A stretch of 64,000 nt of DNA from the human T2T-CHM13v2.0 reference genome, Homo sapiens, in assembly GCF_009914755.1 (NCBI RefSeq), contig NC_060930.1; one strand, written 5' to 3'. The position numbers were made by a program, and so were the translations under genes. Under the pieces are notes generated by a model, which saw only the letters and a program-made list of their open reading frames with translations, searched no databases and was not told where the DNA came from. Below are positions 1-13,340 of the stretch, in pieces (position 1 is the stretch's first letter; each line of letters opens with the position of its first letter).

Positions 1-1754
1 ATCTCATTTAATACCCATTAATGACAGTAAATATTGACTCCTTTTTCACAGGAAGAAGCTGCATTTCAGAGGTATTAGTAACTGTCCCAGATCACATAGC
101 TCATACTGGCAGAGCCAGGATTCAAACCTGCATGACCACCCAGCACAACCTCCCTGTAAAGGCCCTGAAATGTCCAGTAACAGCTGGCTCGAGGACTGCC
201 CACTTATCATTCACCCTTTGTCAGGGGTTGGGCAGCACCTGCAGCAGACACCCTGTAAGCTGCTTTCTATTTCTTTTCCCCAGAAGCCACTCCAATGTAT
301 TTCTTTTCCTTTCAGAGTCTCGTCATGAAAAGTATAGTAACAACACCAAATACACTAGTCAGTATTTAAAAAGCTACAGTGTCTTTAAGAATACAATGTA
401 TTAATATAGTTATTTGTAAGTGACAGATGACAAATAATGTCAGACATTTAACATGGCAGTGGGTATTATACTAAAGGCAACTTGTTTGAAACAGGTTTAA
501 TTTAAAGTACTAGAATGCATGTGTCATATCTGACTTGTAGAGCACAGCTTAAACAAAGAGGTTTCATTTTTGTTCTACAGCTATTAGTCTTGTGACTCCA
601 GAAAACCCAACATAAACCACCACTTCTTTATAAAGATATACAAAGGATGAATCTCCTCATCCTGATAGCCTTCGACATCCACACATCCACACATTTCAAT
701 ATATATGCTTCCTTGTTTGGCCCTTGATGATAGCATAAAAACTCTCCCCACCCACATACAATCTGTTTGCATCTCACAATCTTTCATATCTAATTCACAC
801 CATTAGCAATCTCTCTGCCTTTATATATTTGAAATAGCATATAGGAAACATATCTTGCAGTACTCCTGTAGCACACTATACTTTAGAGTAATACATTTTT
901 ATGCTATGGAAAGATTTCCTAGGCAAATTAATATGTTTTTTTCCAGCCAATGCCAAACTCCCAAGATGTAATCAATCTTAGAAGATCTTGCTTGACTTTA
1001 TCCCTTTTACACTTTTCTGAAAAAAGGAGTAGATCTGTGCAGGCTTGAGTCCACCTTCCTTCTGAAGATCTAGAAGAACAAGATATGTTTCTCTACTCCA
1101 AACTCATCTTGATTTTCTTTATAAATATTTAACTGATGCTTGCATTAATTATATATTTGCACAAATTGAAGCTATGTAGAATTATAATTTTAGGGTAATG
1201 TTATATAAATGGATGTTATAATAATAATCTTATGCTTGAAATACAAACACGCCTGCTAAAAATTTTGAGATTTCATGGTATTCTATCCTTAGGATATCTA
1301 ATATTCAGTATACAGTCAAAACATTGTATTCAGAACCTGCTTGAATGTATATTTTTCTTTGTGTGGTTATCAACATATCAAAATTTATTTTGTTTCTTGC
1401 TCTATTCAATTTTGGTTTTTCCAAACTTTATGTTTTATATTTCTTTAATGTGTACATTTTTTATAAATTGAAGGTTAAAATTGTATAAACATATAAACTG
1501 AAATAAACATTGTTCCCGTTTCTATGCCCTGCATTCAGTTTTTGCTGACTTTCTACCCTTAAGAGCTTTTATTAGTTTCTACTACCTGGTTTATTTTTAC
1601 CAAAATTTGGACTAAATTTAATATTTTTATTTTTATTTTGCAGAAGGGTTTATCTCTTTTTAAATTGAAAAATATTGCTTTATTTAACAATATTGCAGAA
1701 TAAATTCTAATAATTTAATGGATATTTTAAATTTCTTTTTATTTCTATCAAATT

Positions 1755-1862
1755 TTAGGGCAAGATCTTGCTATGTTTCCCAGGCTGGACTTCAACTCCT
1801 GGGCTCAAGTGATCCTCCTGTCTCGGCCTCCCAAGTACCTGGGACTACAGATGTGCACCGCT
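1755..1862 (-). mobile_element. Alu monomer fragment (FLAM/AluJ-like)
   Basis: Antisense Alu text: tcttgctatgtttcccaggctgg...ctcctgggctcaagtgatcctcctgtctcggcctcccaagtacctgggactacag. Confidence 0.85.
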
Positions 1863-2456
1863 TAGTCAATTTTTCTTTATTTTTATTAAAGTATAATTGG
1901 CTTATATTAAATTGCATATATTAACATGTAATATTTAATAAATCTTGATATTTATGCACCCATTAATCTATCACACTATTAAATATATGTGCAATGTATT
2001 TTTCTCTCCTCAAATTTTTCTTGTGTTTTTTTTTAATTCTTTCCTTCTTCCCCTCCCTGTCCAACACTCCTTCTGCCTCCAGTTCTCTAGTAACTATTAA
2101 TCTGATTTCTGTCATTACATATCAGTTGTACTATTTAGAATTTTATATAACTGGAATTGTCAACTATGTACTCTTATTTTTGCCTGGTTTCTTTCCCAAG
2201 AATAATGAAGATTCATCTATGCTGTTACACATATCAACAGTTCTCTTATCATTGCAGTGTAGTATTTCAGTATATAGATTACTATTCATATGCTGATGGT
2301 ATTTTAGTGGTTTGGAGGTGTTTTATATAAAGCTTCCATAAATATTTGTGTACAATTTTTTTGTGTGGACACATGCTTTCATTTCTCTTAGCAGTAACAA
2401 GGTTAGAATATATGGCAGGTATATGTTTAACTTTTAAATAAACTAACAAAGTGTTT

Positions 2457-3525
2457 TATTGGGGAACCTGCCCCGATAGCTACATAGGTTCTTTTCTATT
2501 TTCCCTAAGCATCGGCCAGTTTGAGAAATAAGGGGACAGAGTACAAAAGAGAGAAATTTTAAAGCTGGGCTTCTGGGGGAGACATCACATGTCGGTAGGT
2601 TCTGTGATGCCCCACAAGCCGCAAAACCAGCAAGTTTTTATTAGGGACTTTCAAAAGGGGAGGGAGTGTACGAATAGGGTGTGGGTCACAAAGATCACGT
2701 ACTTCACAAGGTAATAGAATATCACAAGGCAAATTGAGGCAGGGTGAGATCACAGGACCACAGGACCAGGGCAAAATTAAAATTGCTAATGAATTTTCGG
2801 GCACCATTGTCATTGATAACATCTTATCAGGAGACAGGGTTTTGAGAGCAACCCGTCTGACCAAAATTTTTTAGGCGGGAATTTCCTCTTCCTAATAAGC
2901 CTGGAAGGACTATGGGAGACTGGGGTTTATTTCATCCCTACTGTCTTGACCATAGAAGATGGCCACACCCAAGGGGGCCATTTATAGACCCACCCTCAGG
3001 GGCGTATTCTCTTTCTCAGGGATGTTCCTTGCTGAGAAAAATAATTCAGCAATATTTCTCCCATTTGCTTTTGAAAGAAGAGAAATATGGCTCTGTTCCA
3101 CCTGGCTCACAGATGGTCAGAGTTTAAGGTTATCTCTCTTATTCTCTGAACAATTGCCGTTATCCTGTTCTTTTTTCAAGGTGCCCAGATTTCATATTGT
3201 TCAAACACACATGCTTTACAATTTGGGCAGTTAACACAATTATCACAGGGTCCTGAGGTGACATACTTCCTCCTCAGCTGGCAGGATTAAGAGATTAAAG
3301 TAAAGACAGGTCTAGGAAATCACAAGGGTATTGACTGGGGAAGTGATAAGTGTCCATGAAATCTTCACAATTTATGTTTAGAGATTATGGCAAAGACAGG
3401 CATAAGAAATTATAAAAGTATTAATTTGGGGATCTAACAAATGTCCATGAAATCTTCACAATCCACGTTCTTCTGCCATGGCTTTAGCCAGTCCCTCTGT
3501 TTGGGGTCCCTGACTTCCCGCAACA
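2457..3525 (-). mobile_element. MER11 (MER11C-like) solo LTR of HERV-K(HML-8)
   Basis: Reverse complement starts TGTTGCGGGAAGTCAGGGACCCC and ends GGTTCCCCAATA; 1069 bp; 6-bp TSD gtgttt (2451-2456) / gagttt (3526-3531). Confidence 0.93.
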
Positions 3526-3804
3526 GAGTTTTCCAAAATACTGGTATCATTTTATATTCCCGTCATCAGTATTTAACAGTTACAGGTCAAATCCTGGCCA
3601 ACACTTGGTATTGTCAGGCTTCTTAGCTTTTTAAAATGTATTAAGTATGTAGTCACTTAATTGCAAAAGACCATTTTGCTTTTAATTTTTTCCCTAATAA
3701 ATTATAATGTTGATTATCCTTTCATGGTCTTATTTGCCATCCATATGTCTTATTGATAAAATGTCTGCTTACATTCATTACAAATTTATACTAGGATTTC
3801 AACA

Positions 3805-5300
3805 TTTTTAAATCGTGGTAAAATACACATAAATAATATATCACTTTAACTATTTTTAAGTGTACAGTATACAGTGTTAAGTATAGCCACATGGTTGGGT
3901 AATCTTTATAACTTTTTCTTTTTGCAAAACTGAAACTCTATACCCATTAAATAAACCTTATTTTTTCCTCTCGTCAGCCCTCACAATCACCATGCTACTT
4001 TCTGTCTCTTTGAATGTTACTACTCTGGATACTTCATATAAGGGAATCATGTTGTATTTGTCTTTCTGTTATTGGCTTATTTCACTTAGTATAATGTCCT
4101 CAAGGTTCATCCATATTGTAATACATGTCAAAATTTCCTTTATTTTTAAGGCTGAATAATATTTTGCACACACACACATGCACGCACACACTGTTTTGTT
4201 CATACATTCAACCATTGATGGATATTTGGGTTTTTTCAACCTTTTGGATACTGTGAATAATCCTGTTATGAACAAAGGAGTACTATTAATATATTTTAAG
4301 TTCTTTTGGAAATATATCTAGGAGTGAAATTGCTGGATTATATGGTATTTCTGTTTTTAATTTTTTAAGAAACTGTCATACTGTTTTCCATAGTGGCTAT
4401 TTGACATGCCCACCAATAGTCCACAAAGGTTCCAATTTCTCCACATCCCCATCAACACTTGCTATTTTCTCTTTTTTTGTTTTGTTTTATTTTTTAGAGC
4501 AGCCATCCTAATGGGTGTGAGGTGATATTGTGGTTTTGATTTGCATTTCCCTCATAATTAGTGATATGTCACATCTATTTATATGCTTTGTGGCCATTCA
4601 TATATCTTCTTTGTAGGGATGTCTATTCCAGTCTTTTATTCATTTTTTAAAGCACGTTATTTGTTTTTGTTGTTGTTGTTGTCGCTATTGAGTTAAGGGA
4701 GTTTTCAAAATATATTCTAAATATGAGCTCCTTATCGGGTGTCATAGTCTGTTTAGTGTTGCTTACCTGTGGCTGGGTAATTTATAAAGAAAAGAGGTTT
4801 ATTTGTTTCATGGTTCTTCGGGCTATCCAAGAATCATGGTGCCAGCAACTATTTGGCTTCTGATGAGGGCCACAGACTGCTCCCACTCATGGTGGAAGGC
4901 AAAAGAGCTGGCTGATACAGAGATCCCATGGTGACAGAGGAAGCAAAAAAAGAGAAAAGAGATGTGAGACTCTCTTAAACAAGCAGCTCTTGCAGAAATG
5001 AATAGAGTGAAAACTCACTCATGACTTCAAGGATAGCACAAACCCATTCATGAGGGATCTGCCCCCATGACCCAAAACACCTCTCACTAGGACCCCACCT
5101 CCACCATTGGGGATCAAATTTCAACATGAGATTTGGAGGGATTAAAAAAAAAAAGCTATATCCTTATATAGTGATTTGCAAATATTTTCTACTTTTCCAT
5201 AAGTTATCTTTTCAGTCTGTTGATTGTCTCCTTTGATGCACAGAAGTTTTAAATTTTAATGTTGTCCAATACATCTATTTTTATTTTTGTTGTTTTTTAC
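3805..5300 (-). mobile_element. L1MB-like 3' fragment, split by an MSTB LTR
   Basis: gtggtaaaatacacata...ttttaagtgtacag, caaaactgaaactctatacccattaaa; ORF 4069-4275 resembles L1 ORF2 C-terminal/3' text (TWMNLEDIILSEISQ-like). Confidence 0.8.
4740..5170 (-). mobile_element. MSTB-like MaLR solo LTR
   Basis: ctgggtaatttataaagaaaagaggttt...catgagggatctgcccccatgaccc...ggatcaaatttcaacatgagatttggagg. Confidence 0.88.
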
Positions 5301-6236
5301 TGGGCCTTTTAAAAATTAAGATTTAAGAAATTATTTTGTATTGTAATTAAGTCCTTTATCAGATTTATTATGGACAAATATTGTCTCTTGTTCTGTGGCT
5401 TGAGTTTTCATACTCAACAGTATCTTTCAAAGAATAGAGGTTTAATTTTAACAAAGTTTAATATTTTATTTTTTAATGAATTGTGCTTCAAATGTTTCAT
5501 CATTGAAATCTTTGTCTAACTAAAAACACAATCATTTTTGCCTGTTGTCTTTCAGAAATTTTATAGTTTTAGGTTTTATATTTAGGCTTATAATCCATTT
5601 TGAGATAATTTTGCTTTAATATATGAGGTATGTATGAAGTTTCCTTTTTTCTGTTTCCTATACTTATATCCAATTATTCCTGCATGCTTATATCTAATTA
5701 GTCAAAAGGACTATCCTCCTCCACTGAATTATCTTTGCATCTATGTCAAAAATATGTTGTCTATACTTGTACAGGCCCATTTCTAGATTCTATTCTGATA
5801 CATGTATCTAATATCTAATTGCCTATTATCTTTCTTTCTTTATTAAAGTAGCTTTATAGTAAACCTTGAGCTTAAGTAATATAAATCCTGTAACATTTTT
5901 CTTCTTTCTCAGATTAGGGGTACTTTATTTATCTTTTCCAAAAAAATAAACATTAGAATCCACTTGGCAATATTTATAAATGCTTTGCTGGGATTTTGAT
6001 TTGGATTGTGCTGAATCTATAGGTTAATTTAGGGTGAAATGATGTATGATCAATATGGAATCTTCCAGTCTATGAATATGGCATGCCTCTCCATTTATAC
6101 ATGTTTTCATATTGATTTCAGTAATGTTGTGCAGCAGTCAACAAACACATTCTCCACGTATTTTGTTAAATTTATAAATATTTTATTTTGGGTGCTGATC
6201 ATATTTAATTTCAAATTTCAGCTATTTATTATTCAT

Positions 6237-6583
6237 TGTCTTGCTTCATTTTTTGCTGCTATAACATAATGTTTGAAACTGGATAGTTTATAATCAGCAG
6301 AAATTTATTGGCTCACAGTTCTGGGCACTGGAGTTTCCAATATCAAGGTGCTGGCATCTTGTGAGGTCCTTCTTACTGTGTTATCATACGATGGAGGGCA
6401 AGAGTGTAAAAAAGAGGGAAATAGGGGTCTGAATTTGCCCTTTTATAAAGGCATCAAAATCACTCAATAAGGCAGAGCCCTCATGAACTATTACCTCTTA
6501 AAAATCTCACCTCTTAATACTGTTAAAATTGCAATTAAATTTCAATATGGGTTTTGGAGAAGAAAAACATTCAAGCCATAGTA
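6237..6583 (-). mobile_element. MSTC/MSTD-like MaLR solo LTR
   Basis: gctgctataaca...gaaatttattggctcacagttctgg...aaacattcaagccatag; 5-bp TSD ttcat/ctcat. Confidence 0.85.
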
Positions 6584-8877
6584 CTCATGTATATACAATT
6601 TTCTCTCTCTCTCTGTCTTTCTCATGGTCTGGCTAGGGCCTATCATTTATATTGATCAATTCAAAAACAAGCTTTTAGCTTGACTAGTATTTTTCCTTTT
6701 ATTTTTCTGCTTTCAGAAGCCAGCTCACATTTATCTGTTTTGTAGGGCTCACAATCATTTTCCTGTGACCTATTCATTGTATAAGAAACATAGAGGCTCC
6801 AGATGATGATATCTTTAACTGGAAACTCCCCTTTTCTTCCTTTTTTAGGCAATAGGAATAGGGAATAATTATTTCTGAGTAGAAATGAGGTAGATAGATC
6901 TGAGTGGCAGCTTTGGTGTACCTTCAAGCTTTTTCTCTCCAAGGCATTTTTATGAGGCTTTGATAGGATTTGACTCCTTAAACTTTAAAAACTAAGGGAT
7001 ATTTTGTTTTTCTGTTTTGTTTACCCTTTAGAGGATTTTAATTTAGTTTTTTAGTTTCTCACCTCATAGATTTAAATTTTGGGGAATGTGTTAATGTGAA
7101 GATCACCTGTATGTCATGGATGAGTCCTCAAATCCCCAGTGCTATTACTCAAAATACACACACATTCTGATGTCTATGATAGTTTCACTCTTCCCAAGTG
7201 ACCTTCTGCTGAAAGTCTCTCCTGAAATATTAACTTCAGGGCACACTCAGAGTCACTAAGTTCCCCAAATGCAGCAACTTTATTTTGTGGCAACTGACTG
7301 TATTTGAATTGAATATGTTATCCAACCCTGTATCACTGTTCAAAGATTTCCTGCTTTTTTTCTTGGGCCTCACAGTGTTACTCTGGCTGCATTAAGCCCC
7401 TATTTTAAGATTGCATCCAAGATTAGCAATTTCCAAAGCAGAAAGCATGTGGCTGTTCATGCAAGAATTTGGTTCTGAATGGTTCTGTCTTCTCTATTCT
7501 TTTGTCCATCTAGTTTTCATTACATCTATAGCTCTCTGATGATATATTAAAATATTTGTATAACTATTTTCAGCTTTATCTAGTTTCCTGTGGGGGTATT
7601 GTTTGGCTAAACCTATTATATCTCTCATGTAAGCAGAAATATTTCCATTAGATGATTTAACAGAAAAACTTTAATGTAAAGAACTGGTTAAACAAATATG
7701 GGAAAACCAAAAAAAAAAAGAAAAAAAAAAGCTGAGTACTGAGGAAACACCATGATAATAGCTCCAGGAGGCAGTTGAACTTCTAATGGTAGATACATAT
7801 GAGGGAAAATGTTGCTGTTTAAAGAATCTAGAACATAAAAATAGGTTCCTGCAGAGTTGATCTCCATTTTTCTCCCAGGGTAGAGTCTATGTTTCCCTGA
7901 TTTTATACTTTCTGATATTTGCAGATAGGTAAAGGCTTGAAAGTATGTGTTTGCATGCCAAAAGGAAAAAGAACACCCAGAAAACACAGTATAAGCTTTC
8001 AAATTCAATAGCGTGGAGCCATATTTCTCTTCTCTTTTAAGCTAGAAAGAAGATAAACAACCAAACAACAAATGTTGTTTAAAAGTCTTAGGTATAATTT
8101 AACTAGCAGCTCTAGAGTAGATTAATGAAAATCCTGAAATAACACTGTGACTCAGAAAAATTCTCTGAGTGCTACAAATTTCAAAGGCACTAACTATTCA
8201 AGCATAGTGAAGAGAGCTGAGTACAAATGTCAAGGTGTGAGCAGGTGAATCCAGAATTTCGAAGGTCAAGTGAACGCGAAGGACACTAATAAGGAGACAG
8301 GGGGCTAACTAGTCGATGAATGTATGATCTTTGCTCTAAATATTAAGCTAGAGTTCATTTCTCCTTTCTCTATTCATCCATAATACATTTAGTCACTAGT
8401 GAACCACTATCACTTTTCAAACTTAGGTTGCCTTCTTTTGTTTACTAATCTTTCCCTCCATTCTTTTGTAAACTATTTGAAGACAGGGACTATATTTGAT
8501 ATATTTAATCTCCCACCATTTTTAATGAATTTTCATGCACATATTTAGTAGTTTTTTAGTTTACTTGCAATAGAACATGAAAAGATGATATGACTATTTA
8601 ACATGCTTGGACATTTCTCCATTTTCATACATGATTTATAGAGTGTTTATTCATTAGGCGTTATCTATAACCACACAATTACTTTCTTATTTAGACTAGC
8701 CTGCTAAGTTAACGTAATTTAAAAACCTTCTATCAGAAGGAACATTTTTTATCTACATGGTTAATTTTATAGTTCAATGTTTTAGCCTGACTGAAGTGTT
8801 CATATTAGGAAAAACATTTGTGTGTACTAACACAACTGTATACATTTATAATTAGAGAGTTTATCTTAGCAATTAAG

Positions 8878-9030
8878 GTAATAATAGCATGCTATTAAAC
8901 AGTACTTATAATCGCCAGAGACTGTTTTAAGCCCTTTACATAAAATAATTCATTTGATCCTGAGAACAATTCTGTGAGGTAGGTATTAACATTGTGGTTT
9001 AAGAGTCCAACCTTTAACAACTGAACAACA
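8878..9030 (-). mobile_element. MIR fragment
   Basis: actgttttaagccctttacataaaataattcatttgatcctgagaacaattctgtgaggtaggtatta. Confidence 0.75.
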
Positions 9031-12000
9031 GGTCTTCTCTTGACATAATACAATTATTTTGCTTATTGCTAAAGAATGTCCAGATTGAAATAAACAGCAG
9101 CATCTTATTTATATCTTAGCATTTTAAGTAGCCTTCCATTTAGCACCATTTTTAAAGTTACAGACATGGAGATGGAGCAGTCAGAGCTTTAGGAAGGAAA
9201 GGGAGTCAGAGACAACTAGAGGCTTTTGAACCCCTCTTTGCCCTGGGTGTCTTCAGTTGGCTCCTATATCTTCAGCAATATTCAGTAAATGAAAAATTAA
9301 TGATTGAAATTCTGAAATGAACAGTCTCTCTGGTCCCAGCAGTCTCTAGATTGGGAATTCTGTTATCCAAATATTTTGCTTTAACTCTCACCTTGCAAAA
9401 ATACCAAATCTGAATATTAATAAGCCTCTGTGAAGCACATAGGTTAGAACTTAAGAAACAAAAAGAGTGAAACAAACAAAAAATACGTAAGCATGTTTAT
9501 ATCCTACAATGAATTCCTGTAGGTTTTAAATGTTTTTAAAATTTCCTTTTTTTGTAGTAATAAAAACAAATTAGGACCATGTTGTTTTTATTGACTTAGG
9601 GCTGAATGGAACGGCCGTTTTTCAATAGATTTCACATAGGTGTCCAATTAACTATTCACTTAGACAGGAGGTTATAGCACAAATGTATGTAACCTTACCC
9701 AAGACCATTTGTTTAATGTTTCCTGCCATATGACAGCTCTTATGTGATTGCCAGCAGTAAAGCAAACAAGTCATAATGACCACAAAAGCCCTTTATGTGT
9801 CCCTAATAAGTACTATTGTCATGATTCTTAGTTTTAGATATAACATTTTGAAACACTTACTATATTGCACTGTGACTAGATGTACACATACACCTATACT
9901 GATATATACAGGCACAGGGAAATTACCATTTTTAAATTTTCCATAATAACAATGTACGAAAAGAAAGGTTTTATATAAAATCTCCCTTAGAAATTATTTC
10001 AGATGAAAATTGCATGCTGTTAAAGACCAGGACACGTAATTCAGTAATGAGGATTTGACATAAATTCAACACAGTATGGTAAGGCTTTGGGAAGCCTGAA
10101 GATTTCTTTTCTTGCTTTCTCTTTCTTCTCCACTACCCCCCCTTCTCTCTCTTTCTTTCTTCTTTTTTTTTCTTTAAAGTATCATCTATCAACATACAGC
10201 AATTAACTGTATAGGTTCTCATCCCATAAATCAATTAGAAGCTGTAAAATATTATATTTATTTCTGCCTTTCATTACAGCAAATAGAGGTAGACACTTCT
10301 TTACAACAACTAGAGCAGCTAGTTCACAGAAAGTGCCTATATTCAGATGAACTACTAAAGTCATAGATGTTAAAAATTAACATTAAGAATCTCTCATCTA
10401 TGTGTCATTAGTATCAAGATAATAATAAATACATAAAGATTATCAGATACAGATTTCCCTATCCTTAGAACGAACTTTTATTTCTTGAAATAAAAGGAGA
10501 TTCTCTACAGATACATGTATATGTGTTTGTATATAAACTGGTATGTCCATATGCATACATGTTTTGACTTCTGGGAATCACACAAGTGTGAGTTTAAGAG
10601 AGAACCTAATGTTTTCTGAAGACATAATAAAGCCTAAAGGTAAAGAGAGCTATTTTGTCTTCATTATCTAACCATAGATTTGCAGTAGCACAAAGAAGTG
10701 AAATGGAATTTGGAGGGACTAGGTGAGCTCCTGAGATTAGAGCCTGTGTAAAGCAGACTAAATTTGCAACAGTTCCAGAGCAAGAATGACATTTTTTAAG
10801 TTATTTCCTCAGATATTTTAGGTCCTATAAATTGTGCAAGGCATGCTTTCTATAGAGGTAACTATGTATCCTCAAATATTGTATTAGAAAAAATGATTTT
10901 TCTGATAATATTATGGGATAATTAACTGCATTAGTCAAATAAGTGGCTAGGTCCAGAAAGCAAGTCAGCTGAGCTGTAGGAATCCCATTACGTAATAAGT
11001 ACAACTTGTTCATTCTTAACTCTGTCAATATCAGTGTCAAATATCATTTTTATTTTGGCATAAGAATAAGTCAGCAATTATAATATCTATATTTCTTTAC
11101 ACATAAGCTATGTTTAGAAAGTCTGCATTTGGTATTTAAGGACTTGTTCAAACTTTAATTACTTCATTTTATCTTTTCATTTTGTTATTAATTACTTTTC
11201 ACAGGAAGGATATAATTAGAGTTTTCTTAGAAATGAATGGAATTAAATAGCCTAAATATGCCCTTTCTCTGCAACTCTACATTTAAAATTAAACTTATTG
11301 AAATGTCTTATCAATTTCCTTTCTTTTTGCCCCACAAAAATTTGCTGATGGTCTATAGCTATCATTCAAAGCACAAAGTCAACTTTTAAAAGTTCTCTTT
11401 GTGAAAAGAATTGAAACTTAGGTTTTCCCCTGAAGAATGGTTATTTAAAATATAATTTCAAAACACACAATCTTAAAATTTATTCTGGTTGCTAAATTGC
11501 CTATTTTCATTATGAAAAAAATTGATGTACTTAAAATATTTTTAATAGTTTTTATTTTAAAAATATGGAACTCTTCTCTTTAAGCCTTCTAATTCAAGTT
11601 GCTACACAGATTTTTAAACAAAAATAAAATCTTTACTTCGCATGGGAGTTTGAGATGAGAACTCAACTCTAAGGAAGTTAGGTGATGAAAAAACCCCTAC
11701 AGTAAAGAGTGGTTCTAGAAAGGTACACACAGAACTAACTTGTGTATTAACAATAAAACATTATCGATAACCTTTATCCAACAATCTTTATGATAGTGAA
11801 ACACTAAAAATAACATGATTCAAAGCAAATAATAGAGGTAGAAAAGGCTAAAGGGACAGTAATTGTGTGTTTTTCTCTCAAAAGCTAAGAAAGAAGAGCT
11901 CACATCAAAAACAAAAATACAGTATGGAGTTGAGACGCTTCACTGAGAGTGAATGTCTGGCTACAGATGTATATTTATTGACACATGAAATTGTTACTGC

Positions 12001-12429
12001 TGTCCTTCTTAGTCCAGGGTTGCTCATGATCACAGAGAAGTCTTAGGAGAGTAGGGTATGGGCCTTCTTGATGTTGGGAAAGTTATCTTCAAAGAATCAA
12101 CAAAATACCTCAGAAAATAAAGAGCCAGGAATCCAATATATCCACCAGAATAAATCTGGGAACCAAGAAAAATATATTTAAAAAAAAAAAAGGTCTTTCT
12201 CTTTGCCTTTCAATTCCTCCCTCCTGCCCAAACTTGAAAAGATCAGAAGCAATGAGGAGTGCGGATGTATCAATGAGAGTAAGGAACACACATTGCCATA
12301 AGCTAGAACTGCGGCGGGAGGGGAAGCGGAACATAAACAGGACTGAGAATGGGGTATTAAAGAGTAAAAAAGGAATAAATTTGTGTGTAATTAGAAACTG
12401 AATTTTTAAAAGCTTGTATTTGGCTTTTG

Positions 12430-12603
12430 TTTCTTATTTTTATTTATTTCTTTCAGAGACAGGGTCTTGCTCTGTTGCCCAGACTGGAGTGCAGTGGTGC
12501 AACCATAGCTCACTGCAGCCTCAACCTCCTGGGCTCAAGTGATCCTTCCTACCTCAGCCTCTCAAAGTGCTGGGATTATAGGTGCAAACCAATGAACTAA
12601 ACC
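12430..12603 (-). mobile_element. Alu monomer (FRAM/AluJ-derived single arm)
   Basis: T-rich tail, then gagacagggtcttgctctgttgcccagactggagtgcagtggtgcaaccatagctcactgcagcc...ctcaaagtgctgggattatagg. Confidence 0.9.
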
Positions 12604-12819
12604 TGAATTTTGTTTTTAAATACATGGGACATTATTCCAAAAGACAAACGTGACTGAAAAAACTTTGGAAACTGCCCCACGTATCTCATGCATTTGGGGA
12701 AGGGAGATCCAACAGAATGTGTTTGAAGGCATAAGAGGAAAAAAAATCTCATTGTTGTCCTGCTAAGAGCTCTTCATTAAAAAAACCTTCTGTATTCCCA
12801 GGAGTCACCACGATTTGTT

Positions 12820-13340
12820 AATGATTATGTCATCTGACCACCGGTTCTCTCTTGTGTCTCCTAACTCATTTTTAGCTGGGTTTCTATCCATGCAACTCAA
12901 AAGTTTTTGTGGGACTTTAGCATCATCCCTGGCTGTAGAAATTGGGCATAATCCCATTTCTCAGCCACAGCGATTGGCTCAGTCATAGACTTAACCCAGG
13001 AGAATGCAATAGGGGTTTCGAGGAAAGAAGCATTCTCACCCTCTGGAGAGAACTAGCAGAAGAAGTTTCTGTCTCCGTGCAAGCATGAGAATGCATGTAG
13101 CTTCAATAATTATTGACAGTCATCTTGCAACCAGCCTGAAAGCAAAGCAGAAGTAAGATGCAGCAGAAGTAAGACTCGAGAAATGGTTTGGAAATGGGTC
13201 TTTATTAACACTGTTGAGCTGGTGAATCAAATAAACTGTGAATCCCATCCTAGATCAAGACATCTCGGTAGTGTAAGCCAATACATTTTATTGAATAAAC
13301 CGTAACTTATTTGAAGTTAGATTTTTCGTATCTTACTTTA
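12820..13340 (+). mobile_element. Ancient MaLR LTR (MLT1J/K/L-like)
   Basis: gccacagcgattggctcag, catcttgcaacc, gtgtaagccaatacatt...tttgaagttagattttt match the MLT1J/K layout. Confidence 0.65.

Larger units (their letters stand above)
1870..6236 (-). mobile_element. Old L1 (L1ME/L1MD-like) 3' region, interrupted by MER11, L1MB and MST insertions
   Basis: Antisense L1M 3' end (tttattaaagtataattgg...attgcatata). L1 text resumes collinearly after the MER11 (ttccaaaatactggtatcattttatattccc) and after ~5300 (tttgctgggattttgatttggattgtgctgaatctatag). Confidence 0.7.

Noticed and set aside
21-404. 127-aa ORF at the window start
   Set aside because: No recognisable domain, no promoter or splice context; consistent with chance.
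11761-11770. Palindrome TTATCGATAA (DRE-like)
   Set aside because: An isolated AT-rich 10-mer with no promoter context; expected by chance.
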